Part shown: positions 51,901 to 64,000 of the stretch, piece by piece | Layout of the letters: the number at the start of each line of letters is the position of its first letter | How positions within the stretch are numbered: the first letter of the stretch is position 1 | NCBI GenBank assembly: GCA_964016885.1 | Contig: OZ024741.1 | Span: 386,198,001-386,262,000 of the forward strand | DNA from: Eledone cirrhosa | Lineage: Eukaryota | Length of the DNA stretch: 64,000 bases | Direction: 5' to 3' | Made by a program: the position numbers and the translations under genes | Notes under the pieces: model-generated | Told to the model about the DNA's origin: nothing | Database searches by the model: none | The model's input: only the letters and a program-made list of their open reading frames with translations

Positions 51901-54900
51901 TGTGGTGTGGTGTGGTGTGGTGTGGTGTGGTGGGTTGTGGTGTGGTGTGGTGTGGTGTGGTGTGCTGTGCTGTGGTGTGGTGTGGTGTGGTGGGTTGTGG
52001 TGTGGTGTGGTGTGGTGTGGTGGGTTGTGTGGTGTGGTGTGGTGTGGTGTTGTGTGGTGTGGTGTGGTGTGGTGTGGTGGGATGTGGTGTGGTGTGGTGT
52101 GGTGTGGTGTGCTGTGGTGTGGTGTGGTGTGGTGGGTTGTGGTGTGGTGTGGTGTGGTGTGGTGGGTTGTGGTGTGGTGTGGTGTGGTGTGGTGTGGTGT
52201 GGTCTGGTGTGGTGTGGTGGGTTGTGGTGTGGTGTGGTGTAGTGTGGTGTGCTGTGCTGTGGTGTGGTGTGGTGGGTTGTGGTGTGGTGTGGTGTGGTGT
52301 GGTGTGGTGGGTTGTGGTGTGGTGTGGTGTGGTGTGGTGTGGTGGGTGTGGTGTGGTGTGGTGTGGTGTGGTGTGGTGGGTGTGGTGTGGTGTGGTGTGG
52401 TGTGGTGTAGTGGGTTGTGGTGTGGTGTGGTGTGGTGTGGTGTGGTGTGGTGTGGTGTGGTGTGGTGTGGTGTGGTGTGGTGTGGTGTGGTGTGGTATGG
52501 TGGGTTGTGGTGTGGTGTGGTGTGGTGTGGTGTGGTGGGTTGTGGTGTGGTGTGGTGTGGTGTGGTGTGGTGGGTGTGGTGTGGTGTGGTGTGGTGTGGT
52601 GTGGTGGGTGTGGTGTGGTGTGGTGTGGTGTGGTGTAGTGGGTTGTGGTGTGGTGTGGTGTGGTGTGGTGTGGTGTGGTGGGTGTGGTGTGGTGTGGTGT
52701 GGTGTGGTGTAGTGGGTTGTGGTGTGGTGTGGTGTGGTGTGGTGTGGTGTGGTGTGGTGGGTTGTGGTGTGGTGTGGTGTGGTGGGGTGTGGTGTGGTGT
52801 GGTGTGGTGTGGTGGGTTGTGGAGTGGTGTGGTGTGGTGTGGTGTGGTGTGGTGCGTTGTGGTGTGGTGTGGTGTGGTGTGGTGTGGTGTGGTGTGCTGT
52901 GATGTGGTGTGGTATGGTGGGCTGTAGAGTGGTGTAGTGTGGTGTGGTGTGGTGTGGTGTGGTGTGGTATGGTGTGGTGTGGTCTGGTGTGGTGTGGTGT
53001 GCTGTGGCGTGTTGTGGTGTGGTGGGTTGAGGTGTGATGTTGTGTGGTGTGGTGTTGTGTGTGTGGTGTGGTATGGTGTGGTGTGGTATGGTGTGGTGTG
53101 GTGGGTTGTGGTATGGTGTGGTGTGGTGTGTTGTGGTGTGGTGTGGTGTGGAGAGGTATGGTGTGGTGTGGTGTAGTGTGGTGGGGTGTGGTGTGGTGTG
53201 GTGTGGTGTGGTGTGGTGGGGTGTGGTGTGCTGTGGTGTGGTGTGTTGTGGTGTGGTGTTGTGTGGAGTGGTATGGTGTGGTGTGGTGTAGTGTGGTGTG
53301 GTGTGGTGTGGTGTGGTGTGGTGTGGTGTGGTGTGCTGTGGTGTGGTGTGGTGGGGTGTGGTGTGGTGTGGTGTGGTGTGGTAGGTAGTGGTGTGGTGTG
53401 GTGTGGTGTGGTGTGGTGGGTTGTGGTGTTGTGTGGTGTGTTGTGGTGTGGTGGGTTGTGGTGTGCTGTGGTGTGGTGTGTTGTGGTGTGGTGTAGTGTG
53501 GAGTGGTGTGGTGTGGTGTGGTGTGGTGTGGTGTGGTATGGTGGGTTGTGGTGTGGTGTGGTGTGGTGGGTTGTGCTGTGGTGTGGTGTGGTGGGTTGTG
53601 GTGTGGTGTGGCGGGCGTGGTGTGGTGGGTTGTGGTGTGGTGTGGTGTGGTGTGGTGGGTTGTGGTGTAGTGTGGTGTGGTGTGGTGTGGTGTGGTGTGT
53701 TGGGTTGTGGTGTGGTGTGGTGTGGTGGGTTGTGGTGTGGTTTGGTGTGGTGTGGTGTAGCGTGGTGGTTGTGGTGTGGTGTGGTGTGGTGGGTTGTGGT
53801 GTGGTATGGTGTGGTGTGGTGTAGTGCGTTGTGGTGTGGTGTGGTATCGTGTGGTGTGGTGTGGTATGTTGTGGTGGGTTGTGGTGTGTTGGGTTGTGGA
53901 GTGGTTTGGTGTGGTGTGGTGTGGATTTGGTGTGCTGTGGTGTGGTGTGGTGTGGTGTGGTGTGGTGGGTTGTGGTGTGGTGTGGTGTGGTGCGGTGTGG
54001 TGTGCTGTAGTGTGGTGTGGTATGGTGGGCTGTGGAGTGGTGTGGTGTGGTGTGGTGTGGTGTGGTGTGGTGTGGTGGGTTGTGGTGTGGTGTAGTGTGG
54101 TGTGGTGTGGTGTGGTGTGGCGTGGTATGGTGGGTTGTGGTGTGGTGTGGTGTGGTGTGGTGTGGTGTGGTGTGGTGTGGTGTGGTGTGGTGTGGTGGGT
54201 TGTGGTGTGGTGTGGTGTGGTGTGGTGGGGTGTGGTGTGGTGTGGTGTGGTGTGGTGGGTTGTGGAGTGGTGTGGTGTGGTGTGGTGTGGTGTGGTGGGT
54301 TGTGGTGTGGTGTGGTGTGGTGTGGTGTGCTGTGATGTGGTGTGGTATGGTGGGCTGTAGAGTGGTGTGGTGTGGTGTGTTGTGGTGTGGTGTGGTGTGG
54401 TGGGTTGTGGTGTGGTGTGTTGTGGTGTGGTGTGGTGTGGTGGGTTGTGGTGTGGTGTGGTGTGGTGTGGTGTGGTGTGGTGGGTTGAGGTGTGGTGTGG
54501 TGTAGTGTGGTGTGGTGTGGTGTGGTGTGGTATGGTGGGTTGTGGTGTGGTGTGGTGTGGTGTGGTGTGGTGTGGTGTGTTGTGGTGGGTTGTGGTATGG
54601 TGTGGTGGGGTGTGGTGTGGTGTGGTGTGGTGTGGTGTGGTGGGTTGTGGTATGGTGTGGTGAGGTGTGGTGTGGTGTGGTGGTTATGGTGTGATGTAGT
54701 GTGGTGTGTTGTGGTGTGGTGTGGTGTGGTGTGGAGTGGTATGGTGTGGTGGGTTGTTGTGTGGTGTGGTGTGGTGTGGTGGGTTGTGGTGTGGTGTGGT
54801 GTGGTGGGTTGTGGTGTGGTGTGTTGTGGTGTGGTGTGGAGTGGTGTGGTGTGGTGTGATGGGTTGTGGTGTGGTGTGGTGTGGTGTGGTGTGGTGTGGT

Positions 54901-57900
54901 GTGGTGTAGTATGGTGGTTTGTGGTGTGGTGTGGTGTGGTGTGGCGTGTTGTGGTGTGGTGGGTTGAGGTGTGGTGTTGTGTGGTGTGGTGTTGTGTGTG
55001 TGGTGTGGTGTGGTGTGGTGTGGTGGGTTGTGGTATGGTGTGGTGTGGTGTGGTGTGGTGGGTTGTGGTGTGCTGTGGTGTGGTGTGTTGTGGTGTGGTG
55101 TGGTGTGGTGTGGAGTGGTATGGTGTGGTGTGGTGTAGTGTGGTGGGGTGTGGTGTGGTGTGGTGTGGTGTGGTGTGGTGTGCTGTGGTGTGGTGTGGTG
55201 GGGTGTGGTGTGGTGTGGTGTGGTAGGTAGTGGTGTGGTGTGGTGTGGTGTGGTGTGGTGTGGTGTGGTGTGGTGGGTTGTGGTGTTGTGTGGTGTGTTG
55301 TGGTGTGGTGTGGTGGGTTGTGGTGTGCTGTGGTGTGGTGTGTTGTGGTGTGGTGTAGTGTGGAGTGGTGTGGTGTGGTGTGGTGTGGTATGGTGGGTTG
55401 TGGTGTGGTGTGGTGTGGTGGGTTGTGCTGTGGTGTGGTGTGGTGGGTTGTGGTGTGGTGTGGTGTGGCGGGTTGTGCTGTGGTGTGGTGTGGTGGGTTG
55501 TGGTGTGGTGTGATGTGGTGTGGTGGGTTGTGGTGTAGTGTGGTGTGGTGTGGTGTGGTGTGGTGTGTTGGGTTGTGGTGTGGTGTGGTGTGGTGTGGTG
55601 GGGTGTGGTGTGGTTTGGTGTGGTGTGGTGTAGTGTGGTGGTTGTGGTGTGGTGTGGTGTGGTGGGTCATGGTGTGGTATGGTGTAGTGTGGTGTAGTGC
55701 GTTGTGGTGTGGTGTGGTATCGTGTGGTGCGGTGTGGTATGTTGTGGTGGGTTGTGGTGTGGTGTGGTGGGTTGTGGTGTAGTGTGGTGTGGTGTGGTGG
55801 GTTGTGTTGTGTTGTGGTGTTGTGTGCTGTGGTGTATTGGGTTGTGGTGTGTTGGGTTGTGGTGTGGTGTTTGTGTGGTGTGGTTTAGTGTGGTGTGGTA
55901 TGTTGTGGTATGTTGTGTTGTGGTGTGGTGTGGTATGGTGTGGTGTGGTATGTTGTGGTATGTTGTGTTGTGTTGTGGTGTGGTGTGGTGTGTTGTGTTA
56001 TGTTGAGTTGTGTTGTGTCGCGTTGTGGTGTGTTGTGGTGTGGTGTGGTGTGGTGTGGTGTGTTGTGTTGTGTTGTGGTGTGGTGGGTTGTGGTGTGGTG
56101 TGGTGTGGTGTGGTGTGGTGTGGTGGGTTGTGGTGTGGTGTGGTGTGGTGTGGTGGGTGTGGTGTGGTGTGGTGTGGTGTGGTGTGGTGTAGTGGGTTGT
56201 GGTGTGGTGTGGTGTGGTGTGGTGTGGTGTGGTGTGGTGTGGTGTGGTGTGGTGGGTTGTGGTGTGGTGTGGTGTGGTGTGGTGTGGTGTGGTGTGGTGT
56301 GGTGGGTTGTGGTGTGGTGTGGTGTGGTGTGGTGTGGTGTGGTGTGGTGTGGTGTGGTGTGGTGGGTTGTGGTGTGGTGTGGTGTGGTGTGGTGTGCTGT
56401 GCTGTGGTGTGGTGTGGTGTGGTGGGTTGTGGTGTGGTGTGGTGTGGTGTGGTGTGGTGTGGTGTGGTGTGGTGTGGTGTGGTGTGGTGGGATGTGGTGT
56501 GGTGTGGTGTAGTGTGGTGTGCTGTGGTGTGGTGTGGTGTGGTGGGTTGTGGTGTGGTGTGGTGTGGTGTGGTGGGTTGTGGTGTGGTGTGGTGTGGTGT
56601 GGTCTGGTGTGGTGTGGTGGGTTGTGGTGTGGTGTGGTGTAGTGTGGTGTGCTGTGCTGTGATGTGGTGTGGTGTGGTGTGGTGTGGTGTGGTGTGGTGT
56701 GGTGTGGTGTGGTGTGGTGGGTTGTGGAGTGGTGTGGTGTGGTGTGGTGTGGTGTGGTGGGTTGTGGTGTGGTGTGGTGTGGTGTGGTGTGCTGTGATGT
56801 GGTGTGGTATGGTGGGCTGTAGAGTGGTGTGGTGTGGTGTGTTGTGGTGTGGTGTGGTGTGGTGGGTTGTGGTGTGGTGGGTTGTGGTGTGGTGTGGTGT
56901 GGTGTGGTGGGTTGAGGTGTGGTGTGGTGTGGTGTGGTGTGGTGTGGTGGGTTGTGGTATGGTGTGGTGAGGTGTGGTGTGGTGTGGTGGTTGTGGTGTG
57001 ATGTAGTGTGGTGTGTTGTGGTGTGGTGTGGTGTGGAGTGGTATGGTGTGGTGTGGTGGGGTGTGGTGTGGTGTGGTGTGGTGGGTTGTTGTGTGGTTTG
57101 GTGTGGTGTGGTGGGTTGTGGTGTGGTGTGGTGTGGTGGGTTGTGGTGTGGTGTGTTGTGGTGTGGTGTGGAGTGGTGTGGTGTGGTGTGGTGGGTTGTG
57201 GTGTGGTGTTGTGTGGTGTGGTGTGGTGTGGTGTAGTGTGGTGGGTTGTGGTGTGGTGTGGTGTGGTGTGGTGTGGTTTTTGTGGTGTGGTGTGGTGTGG
57301 TGGGTTGTGGTGTGGTATAGTGGGTTGTGGTGTGGTGTGGTGTGGTGGGTTGTGGTATGGTGTGGTGTGGTCTGGTGTGGTGTGGTGTGCTGTGGCGTGT
57401 TGTGGTGTGGTGGGTTGAGGTGTGGTGTTGTGTGGTGTGGTGTTGTGTGTGTGGTGTGGTATGGTGTGGTGTGGTGGGTTGTGGTATGGTGTAGTGTGGT
57501 GTGGTGTGGTGGGTTGTGGTGTGCTGTGGTGTGGTGTGTTGTGGTGTGGTGTGGTGTGGAGTGGTATTGTGTGGTGTGGTGTAGTGTGGTGGGGTGTGGT
57601 GTGGTGTGGTGTGGTGTGGTGTGGTGTGCTGTGGTGTGGTGTGGTGGGGTGTGGTGTGGTGTGGTGTGGTGTGGTGGGTTGTGGTGTTGTGTGGTGTGTT
57701 GTGGTGTGGTGTGGTGGTTTGTGGTGTGCTGTGGTGTGGTGTGTTGTGGTGTGGTGTAGTGTGGAGTGGTGGGGTGTGGTGTGGTGTGGTGTGGTATGGT
57801 GGGTTGTGGTGTGGTGTGGTGTGGTGGGTTGTGCTGTGGTGTGGTGTGGTGGGTTGTGGTGTGGTGTGGTGTGGCGGGCGTGGTGTTGTGGGTTGTGGTG

Positions 57901-60900
57901 TGGTGTGGTGTGGTGTGGTGGGTTGTGGTGTAGTGTGGTGTGGTGTGGTGTGGTGTGGTGTGTTGGGTTGTGGTGTGGTGTGGTGTGGTGGGTTGTGGTG
58001 TGGTTTGGTGTGGTGTGGTGTAGTGTGGTGGTTGTGGTGTGGTGTGGTGTGGTGGGTTGTGGTGTGGTATGGTGTGGTGTGGTGTAGTGCGTTGTGGTGT
58101 GGTGTGGTATCGTGTGGTGTGGTGTGGTATGTTGTGGTGGGTTGTGGTGTGCTGTGGTGGGTTGTGGTGTAGTGTGGTGTGGTGTGGTGGGTTGTGTTGT
58201 GTTGTGGTGTTGTGTGCTGTGGTGTATTGGGTTGTGGTGTGTTGGGTTGTGGTGTGGTGTTTGTGTGGTGTGGTTTAGTGTGGTGTGGTATGTTGTGGTA
58301 TGTTGTGTTGTGGTGTGGTGTGGTGTGGTGTGGTATGTTGTGGTATGTTGTGTTGTGTTGTGGTGTGGTGTGGTGTGGTGTGTTGTGTTATGTTGAGTTG
58401 TGTTGTGTCGCGTTGTGGTGTGTTGTGGTGTGGTGTGGTGTGGTGTGGTGTGTTGTGTTGTGTTGTGTTGTGTTGTGTTGTGGTATGGTGTGGTGTGGTT
58501 TTGGTATATTGTGGTATGTTGTGTTGTGTAGTGGTGTGGTGCGGTGCGGTGTGGTGTGTTGTGGTGTGTTGTGTTGTGTGGTGTTGTAGTATGTTGTGGT
58601 GTGGTATGGTGTGGTATGTTGTGGTGTGGTGTGGTGTGGTGTGGTGTGGTGTGGTGTGGTGTGGTGTGGTGCGGTGCGGTGTGGTGTGTTGTGGTGTGGT
58701 GTGGTGTGGTGTGGTGTGGTGTGGTGTGGTGTGGTGGGTTGTGGTGTGGTGTGGTGTGGTGTGGTGTGGTGTGGTGTGGTGTCTTGTGTTGTGTTGTGTT
58801 GTGTTGTGTTGTGGTGTGTTGTGTTGTGTGGTGTTGTAGTATGTTGTGGTGTGGTATGGTGTGGTATGTTGTGGTGTGGTATGGTGTGGTGTGGTGTGGT
58901 GTGGTGTGGTGTGGTCTGGTGGGTTGTGATGTGGTGTGGTGTGGTGTGGTGGGGTGTGGTGTGGTGTGGTGTGGTGGGTTGTGGTGTGGTGTGATGTGGT
59001 GTGGTGTGGTGTGGTGGGTTGTGGTGTGGTGTGGTGTGGTGTGGTGTGGTGTGGTGGGTTGTGGTGTGGTATGCTGTGGTGTGGTGGGTTGTGGTGTGGT
59101 GTGGTGTGGTCTGGTGGGTTGTGATGTGGTGTGGTGTGGTGTGGTGGGGTGTGGTGTGGTGTGGTGTGGTGGGTTGTGGTGTGGTGTGATGTGGTGTGGT
59201 GTGGTGTGGTGTGGTGTGGTGTGGTATGTTGTGGTGTGGTATGGTGTGGTGTGGTGGGTTGTGGTGTGGTGTGGTGTGGTGTGGTGGGTTGTGGTGTGGT
59301 GTGGTGTGGTGTGGTGTGGTGTGGTGGGTTGTGGTGTGGTGTGGTGTGGTGTGGTGGGTTGTGGTGTGGTGTGGTGTGGTGTGGTGGGTTGTGATGTGGT
59401 GTGGTGTGGTGTGGTGGGGTGTGGTGTGGTGTGGCATGGTGGGTTGTGGTGTGGTGTGGTGTGGTGTGATGGGTTGTGGTGTAGTGTGGTGTGGTGTGGT
59501 GTGGTGTGGTGTGGTGTGTTGGGTTGTGTTGTGGTGTGGTGTGGTGTGGTTGGTTGTGGTGTGGTGTGGTGTGGTGTGGTGTAGTGTGGTGTGGAGTGGT
59601 GTGGTGTGGTGTGGTGGGTTGTGGTGTGGTATGGTGTGGTGTGGTGTAGTGCGTTGTGGTGTGGTGTCGTGTGGTGTGGTGTGGTATGTTGTGGTGGGTT
59701 GTGGTGTAGTGTGGTGTGGTGTGGTGGGTTGTGTTATGTTGTGGTGTTGTGTGCTGTGGTGTGTTGGGTTGTGGTGTGTTGGGTTGTGGAGTGGTTTGGT
59801 GTGGTGTGGATTTGGTGTGCTGTGGTGTGGTGTGGTGTGGTGGGTTGTGGTGGGTTGTGGTGTGGTGTGGTGTGGTGCGGTGTGGTGTGCTGTGGTGTGG
59901 TGTGGTATGGTGGGCTGTGGAGTGGTGTGGTGTGGTGTGGTGTGGTGTGGTGTGGTGTGGTGTGGTGGGTTGTGGTGTGGTGTAGTGTGGTGTGGTGTGG
60001 TGTGGTGTGGCGTGGTATGGTGTGTTGTGGTGTGGTGTGGTGTGGTGTGGTGTGGTTTTGTTGTGGTGTGGTGTGGTGTGGTGGGTTGTGGTGTGGTGTG
60101 TTGTGGTGTGGTGTGGTGTGGTGGGTTGTGGTGTGGTGTGGTGTGGTGTGGTGTGGTGTGGTGGGTTGAGGTGTGGTGTGGTGTAGTGTGGTGTGGTGTG
60201 GTGTGGTGTGGTATGGTGGGTTGTGGTGTGGTGTGGTGTGGTGTGGTGTGTTGTGGTGGGTTGTGGTATGGTGTGGTGGGGTGTGGTGTGGTGTGGTGTG
60301 GTGTGGTGTGGTGTGGTGGGTTGTGGTATGGTGTGGTGAGGTGTGGTGTGGTGTGGTGGTTGTGGTGTGATGTAGTGTGGTGTGTTGTGGTGTGGTGTGG
60401 TGTGGTGTGGAGTGGTATGGTGTGGTGGGTTGTTGTGTGGTGTGGTGCGGTGTGGTGGGTTGTGGTGTGGTGTGGTGGGTTGTGGTGTGGTGTGTTGTGG
60501 TGTGGTGTGGAGTGGTGTGGTGTGGTGTGGTGGGTTGTGGTGTGGTGTGGTGTGGTGTGGTGTGGTGTGGTGTGGTGTGGTGTAGTGTGGTGGGTTGTGG
60601 TGTGGTGTGGTGTAGTGTGGTGTGGTGGTTGTGGTGTGGTGTGGTGTGGTGGTTTGTGGTGTGGTATAGTGGGTTGTGGTGTGGTGTGGTGTGGTGGGTT
60701 GTGGTATGGTGTGGTGTGGTCTGGTGTGGTGGGTTGTGGTGTGCTGTGGTGTGGTGTGTTGTGGTGTGGTGTGGTGTGGAGTGGTATGGTGTGGTGTGGT
60801 GTAGTGTGGTGGGGTGTGGTGTGGTGTGGTGTGGTGTGGTGTGCTGTGGTGTGGTGTGGTGGGGTGTGGTGTGGTGTAGTGTGGTAGGTAGTGGTGTGGT

Positions 60901-63900
60901 GTGGTGTGGTGTGGTGTGGTGTGGTGTGGTGTGGTGTGGTGGGTTGTGGTGTTGTGTGGTGTGTTGTGGTGTGGTGTGGTGGGTTGTGGTGTGCTGTGGT
61001 GTGGTGTGTTGTGGTGTGGTGTAGTGTGGAGTGGTGTGGTGTGGTGTGGTGTGGTATGGTGGTTTGTGGTGTGGTGTGGTGTGGTGGGTTGTGCTGTGGT
61101 GTGGTGTGGTGGGTTGTGGTGTGGTGTGGTGTGGCGGGCGTGGTGTGGTGGGTTGTGGTGTGGTGTGATGTGGTGTGGTGGGTTGTGGTGTAGTGTGGTG
61201 TGGTGTGGTGTGGTGTGGTGTGTTGGATTGTGGTGTGGTGTGGTGTGGTGTGGTGGGTTGTGGTGTGGTTTGGTGTGGTGTGGTGTAGTGTGGTAGTTGT
61301 GATGTGGTGTGGTGTGGTGGGTCGTGGTGTGGTATGGTGTAGTGTGGTGTAGTGCGTTGTGGTGTGGTGTGGTATCGTGTGGTGCGGTGTGGTATCTTGT
61401 GGTGGGTTGTGGTGTGGTGTGGTGGGTTGTGGTGTAGTGTGGTGTGGTGTGGTGGGTTGTGTTGTGTTGTGGTGTTGTGTGCTGTGGTGTATTGGGTTGT
61501 GGTGTGTTGGGTTGTGGTGTGGTGTTTGTGTGGTGTGGTTTAGTGTGGTGTGGTATGTTGTGGTATGTTGTGTTGTGGTGTGGTGTGGTGTGGTGTGGTA
61601 TGTTGTGGTATGTTGTGTTGTGTTGTGGTGTGGTGTGGTGTGTTGTGTTATGTTGAGTTGTGTTGTGTCGCGTTGTGGTGTGTTGTGGTGTGGTGTGGTG
61701 TGGTGTGGTGTGTTGTGTTGTGTTGTGTTGTGTTGTGTTGTGGTATGGTGTGGTGTGGTTTTGGTATATTGTGGTATGTTGTGTTGTGTAGTGGTGTGGT
61801 GCGGTGCGGTGTGGTGTGTTGTGGTGTGTTGTGTTGTGGTGTGGTGTGGTGTGGTGTGGTGTGGTGTGGTGTGGTGGGTTGTGGTGTGGTGTGGTGTGGT
61901 GTGGTGTGGTGTGGTGTGGTGTGGTGTCTTGTGTTGTGTTGTGTTGTGTTGTGTTGTGTTGTGGTGTGTTGCGTTGTGTGGTGTTGTAGTATGTTGTGGT
62001 GTGGTATGGTGTGGTATGTTGTGGTGTGGTATGGTGTGGTGTGGTGGGTTGTGGTGTGGTGTGGTGTGGTGTGGTGGGTTGTGGTGTGGTGTGGTGTGGT
62101 GTGGTGTGGTGTGGTGGGTTGTGGTGTGGTGTGGTGTGCTGTGGTGGGTTGTGGTGTAGTGTGGTGTGGTGTGGTGTGGTGTGGTGTGTTGGGTTGTGTT
62201 GTGGTGTGGTGTGGTGTGGTTGGTTGTGGTGTGGTGTGGTGTGGTGTGGTGTAGTGTGGTGTGGAGTGGTGTGGTGTGGTGTGGTGGGTTGTGGTGTGGT
62301 ATGGTGTGGTGTGGTGTAGTGTGGTGGTTGTGGTGGGTTGTGGTGTGATGTGGTGTGGTGTGGTGTGGTGTGGTGTGGTATGTTGTGGTGTGGTATGGTG
62401 TGGTGTGGTGGGTTGTGGTGTGGTGTGGTGTGGTGTGGTGGGTTGTGGTGTGGTGTGGTGTGGTGTGGTGTGGTGTGGTGGGTTGTGGTGTGGTGTGGTG
62501 TGGTGTGGTGGGTTGTGGTGTGGTGTGGTGTGGTGTGGTCTGGTGGGTTGTGATGTGGTGTGGTGTGGTGTGGTGGGGTGTGGTGTGGTGTGGCGTGGTG
62601 GGTTGTGGTGTGGTGTGGTGTGGTGTGGTGGGTTGTGGTGTAGTGTGGTGTGGTGTGGTGTGGTGTGGTGGGTTGTGGTGTGCTGTGGTGTGGTGTGTTG
62701 TGGTGTGGTGTAGTGTGGAGTGGTGTGGTGTGGTGTGGTGTGGTATGGTGGGTTGTGGTGTGGTGTGGTGTGGTGGGTTGTGCTGTGGTGTGGTGTGGTG
62801 GGTTGTGGTGTGGTGTGGTGTGGCGGGCGTGGTGTGGTGGGTTGTGGTGTGGTGTGATGTGGTGTGGTGGGTTGTGGTGTAGTGTGGTGTGGTGTGGTGT
62901 GGTGTGGTGTGTTGGATTGTGGTGTGGTGTGGTGTGGTGTGGTGGGTTGTGGTGTGGTTTGGTGTGGTGTGGTGTAGTGTGGTGGTTGTGGTGTGGTGTG
63001 GTGTGGTGGGTCGTGGTGTGGTATGGTGTAGTGTGGTGTAGTGCGTTGTGGTGTGGTGTGGTATCGTGTGGTGCGGTGTGGTATGTTGTGGTGGGTTGTG
63101 GTGTGGTGTGGTGGGTTGTGGTGTAGTGTGGTGTGGTGTGGTGGGTTGTGTTGTGTTGTGGTGTTGTGTGCTGTGGTGTATTGGGTTGTGGTGTGTTGGG
63201 TTGTGGTGTGGTGTTTGTGTGGTGTGGTTTAGTGTGGTGTGGTATGTTGTGGTATGTTGTGTTGTGGTGTGGTGTGGTGCGGTGTGGTATGTTGTGGTAT
63301 GTTGTGTTGTGTTGTGGTGTGGTGTGGTGTGTTGTGTTATGTTGAGTTGTGTTGTGTCGCGTTGTGGTGTGTTGTGGTGTGGTGTGGTGTGGTGTGGTGT
63401 GTTGTGTTGTGTTGTGTTGTGTTGTGTTGTGTTGTGGTATGGTGTGGTGTGGTTTTGGTATATTGTGGTATGTTGTGTTGTGTAGTGGTGTGGTGCGGTG
63501 CGGTGTGGTGTGTTGTGGTGTGTTGTGTTGTGGTGTGGTGTGGTGTGGTGTGGTGTGGTGTGGTGTGGTGGGTTGTGGTGTGGTGTGGTGTGGTGTGGTG
63601 TGGTGTGGTGTGGTGTGGTGTCTTGTGTTGTGTTGTGTTGTGTTGTGTTGTGTTGTGTTGTGGTGTGTTGCGTTGTGTGGTGTTGTAGTATGTTGTGGTG
63701 TGGTATGGTGTGGTATGTTGTGGTGTGGTATGGTGTGGTGTGGTGGGTTGTGGTGTGGTGTGGTGTGGTGTGGTGGGTTGTGGTGTGGTGTGGTGTGGTG
63801 TGGTGTGGTGTGGTGTGGTGGGTTGTGGTGTGGTGTGGTGTGGTGTGGTGGGTTGTGGTGTAGTGTGGTGTGGTGTGGTGTGGTGTGGTGTGTTGGGTTG

Positions 63901-64000
63901 TGTTGTGGTGTAGTGTGGTGTGGAGTGGTGTGGTGTGGTGTGGTGGGTTGTGGTGTGGTATGGTGTGGTGTGGTGTAGTGTGGTGGTTGTGGTGGGTTGT
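45947..64000. repeat. ~18 kb (GTGGT)n pentanucleotide satellite, running off the right edge
   Basis: Continuous GTGGT with variants GGGTT, GTGCT, GTAGT, ATGGT, GTGTT. All ORFs here are CGVVW repeats. Confidence 0.98.

Noticed and set aside
45924-64000. Dozens of long CGVVW-repeat and HHTTP-repeat ORFs
   Set aside because: They are translations of a stop-free 5-bp satellite in all frames, not genes.
45947-64000. Telomere repeat array
   Set aside because: No TTAGGG units, which is the expected mollusc telomere repeat. The resemblance to yeast TG1-3 is superficial.

Overview
Repeat-saturated animal genomic DNA with no host protein-coding gene that I can support. The tRNA/CORE SINEs with RTE tails, RTE and Dong/R4 LINEs and dense microsatellites suggest a mollusc, probably an octopus-like cephalopod (inference). 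Bases 1-34 kb are a pile-up of non-LTR retrotransposons: RTE copies whose ORF2 carries a PHD-like C4HC3 finger, R4/Dong copies in (TAA)n, a decayed L1/Tx1 element, three SINE families and one hAT-type MITE. Bases 34.2-42.2 kb are a (TA)n tract hit repeatedly by short fold-back inserts and by a Neptune-like Penelope element (DKG, RT, Cys linker, GIY-YIG). Several of these unrelated inserts carry minimal type-I hammerhead ribozyme motifs: four intact cores in the window (one at 32-74), two single-mutation cores and several half-motifs. This ribozyme-bearing palindromic insert cluster is the most notable signal. Bases 43.5-64 kb are (ACC/AAC)n repeats followed by an ~18 kb (GTGGT)n satellite with kb-scale higher-order structure. 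Most ORF-track entries are simple-repeat artefacts. Coordinates were read by eye and element ends are approximate.
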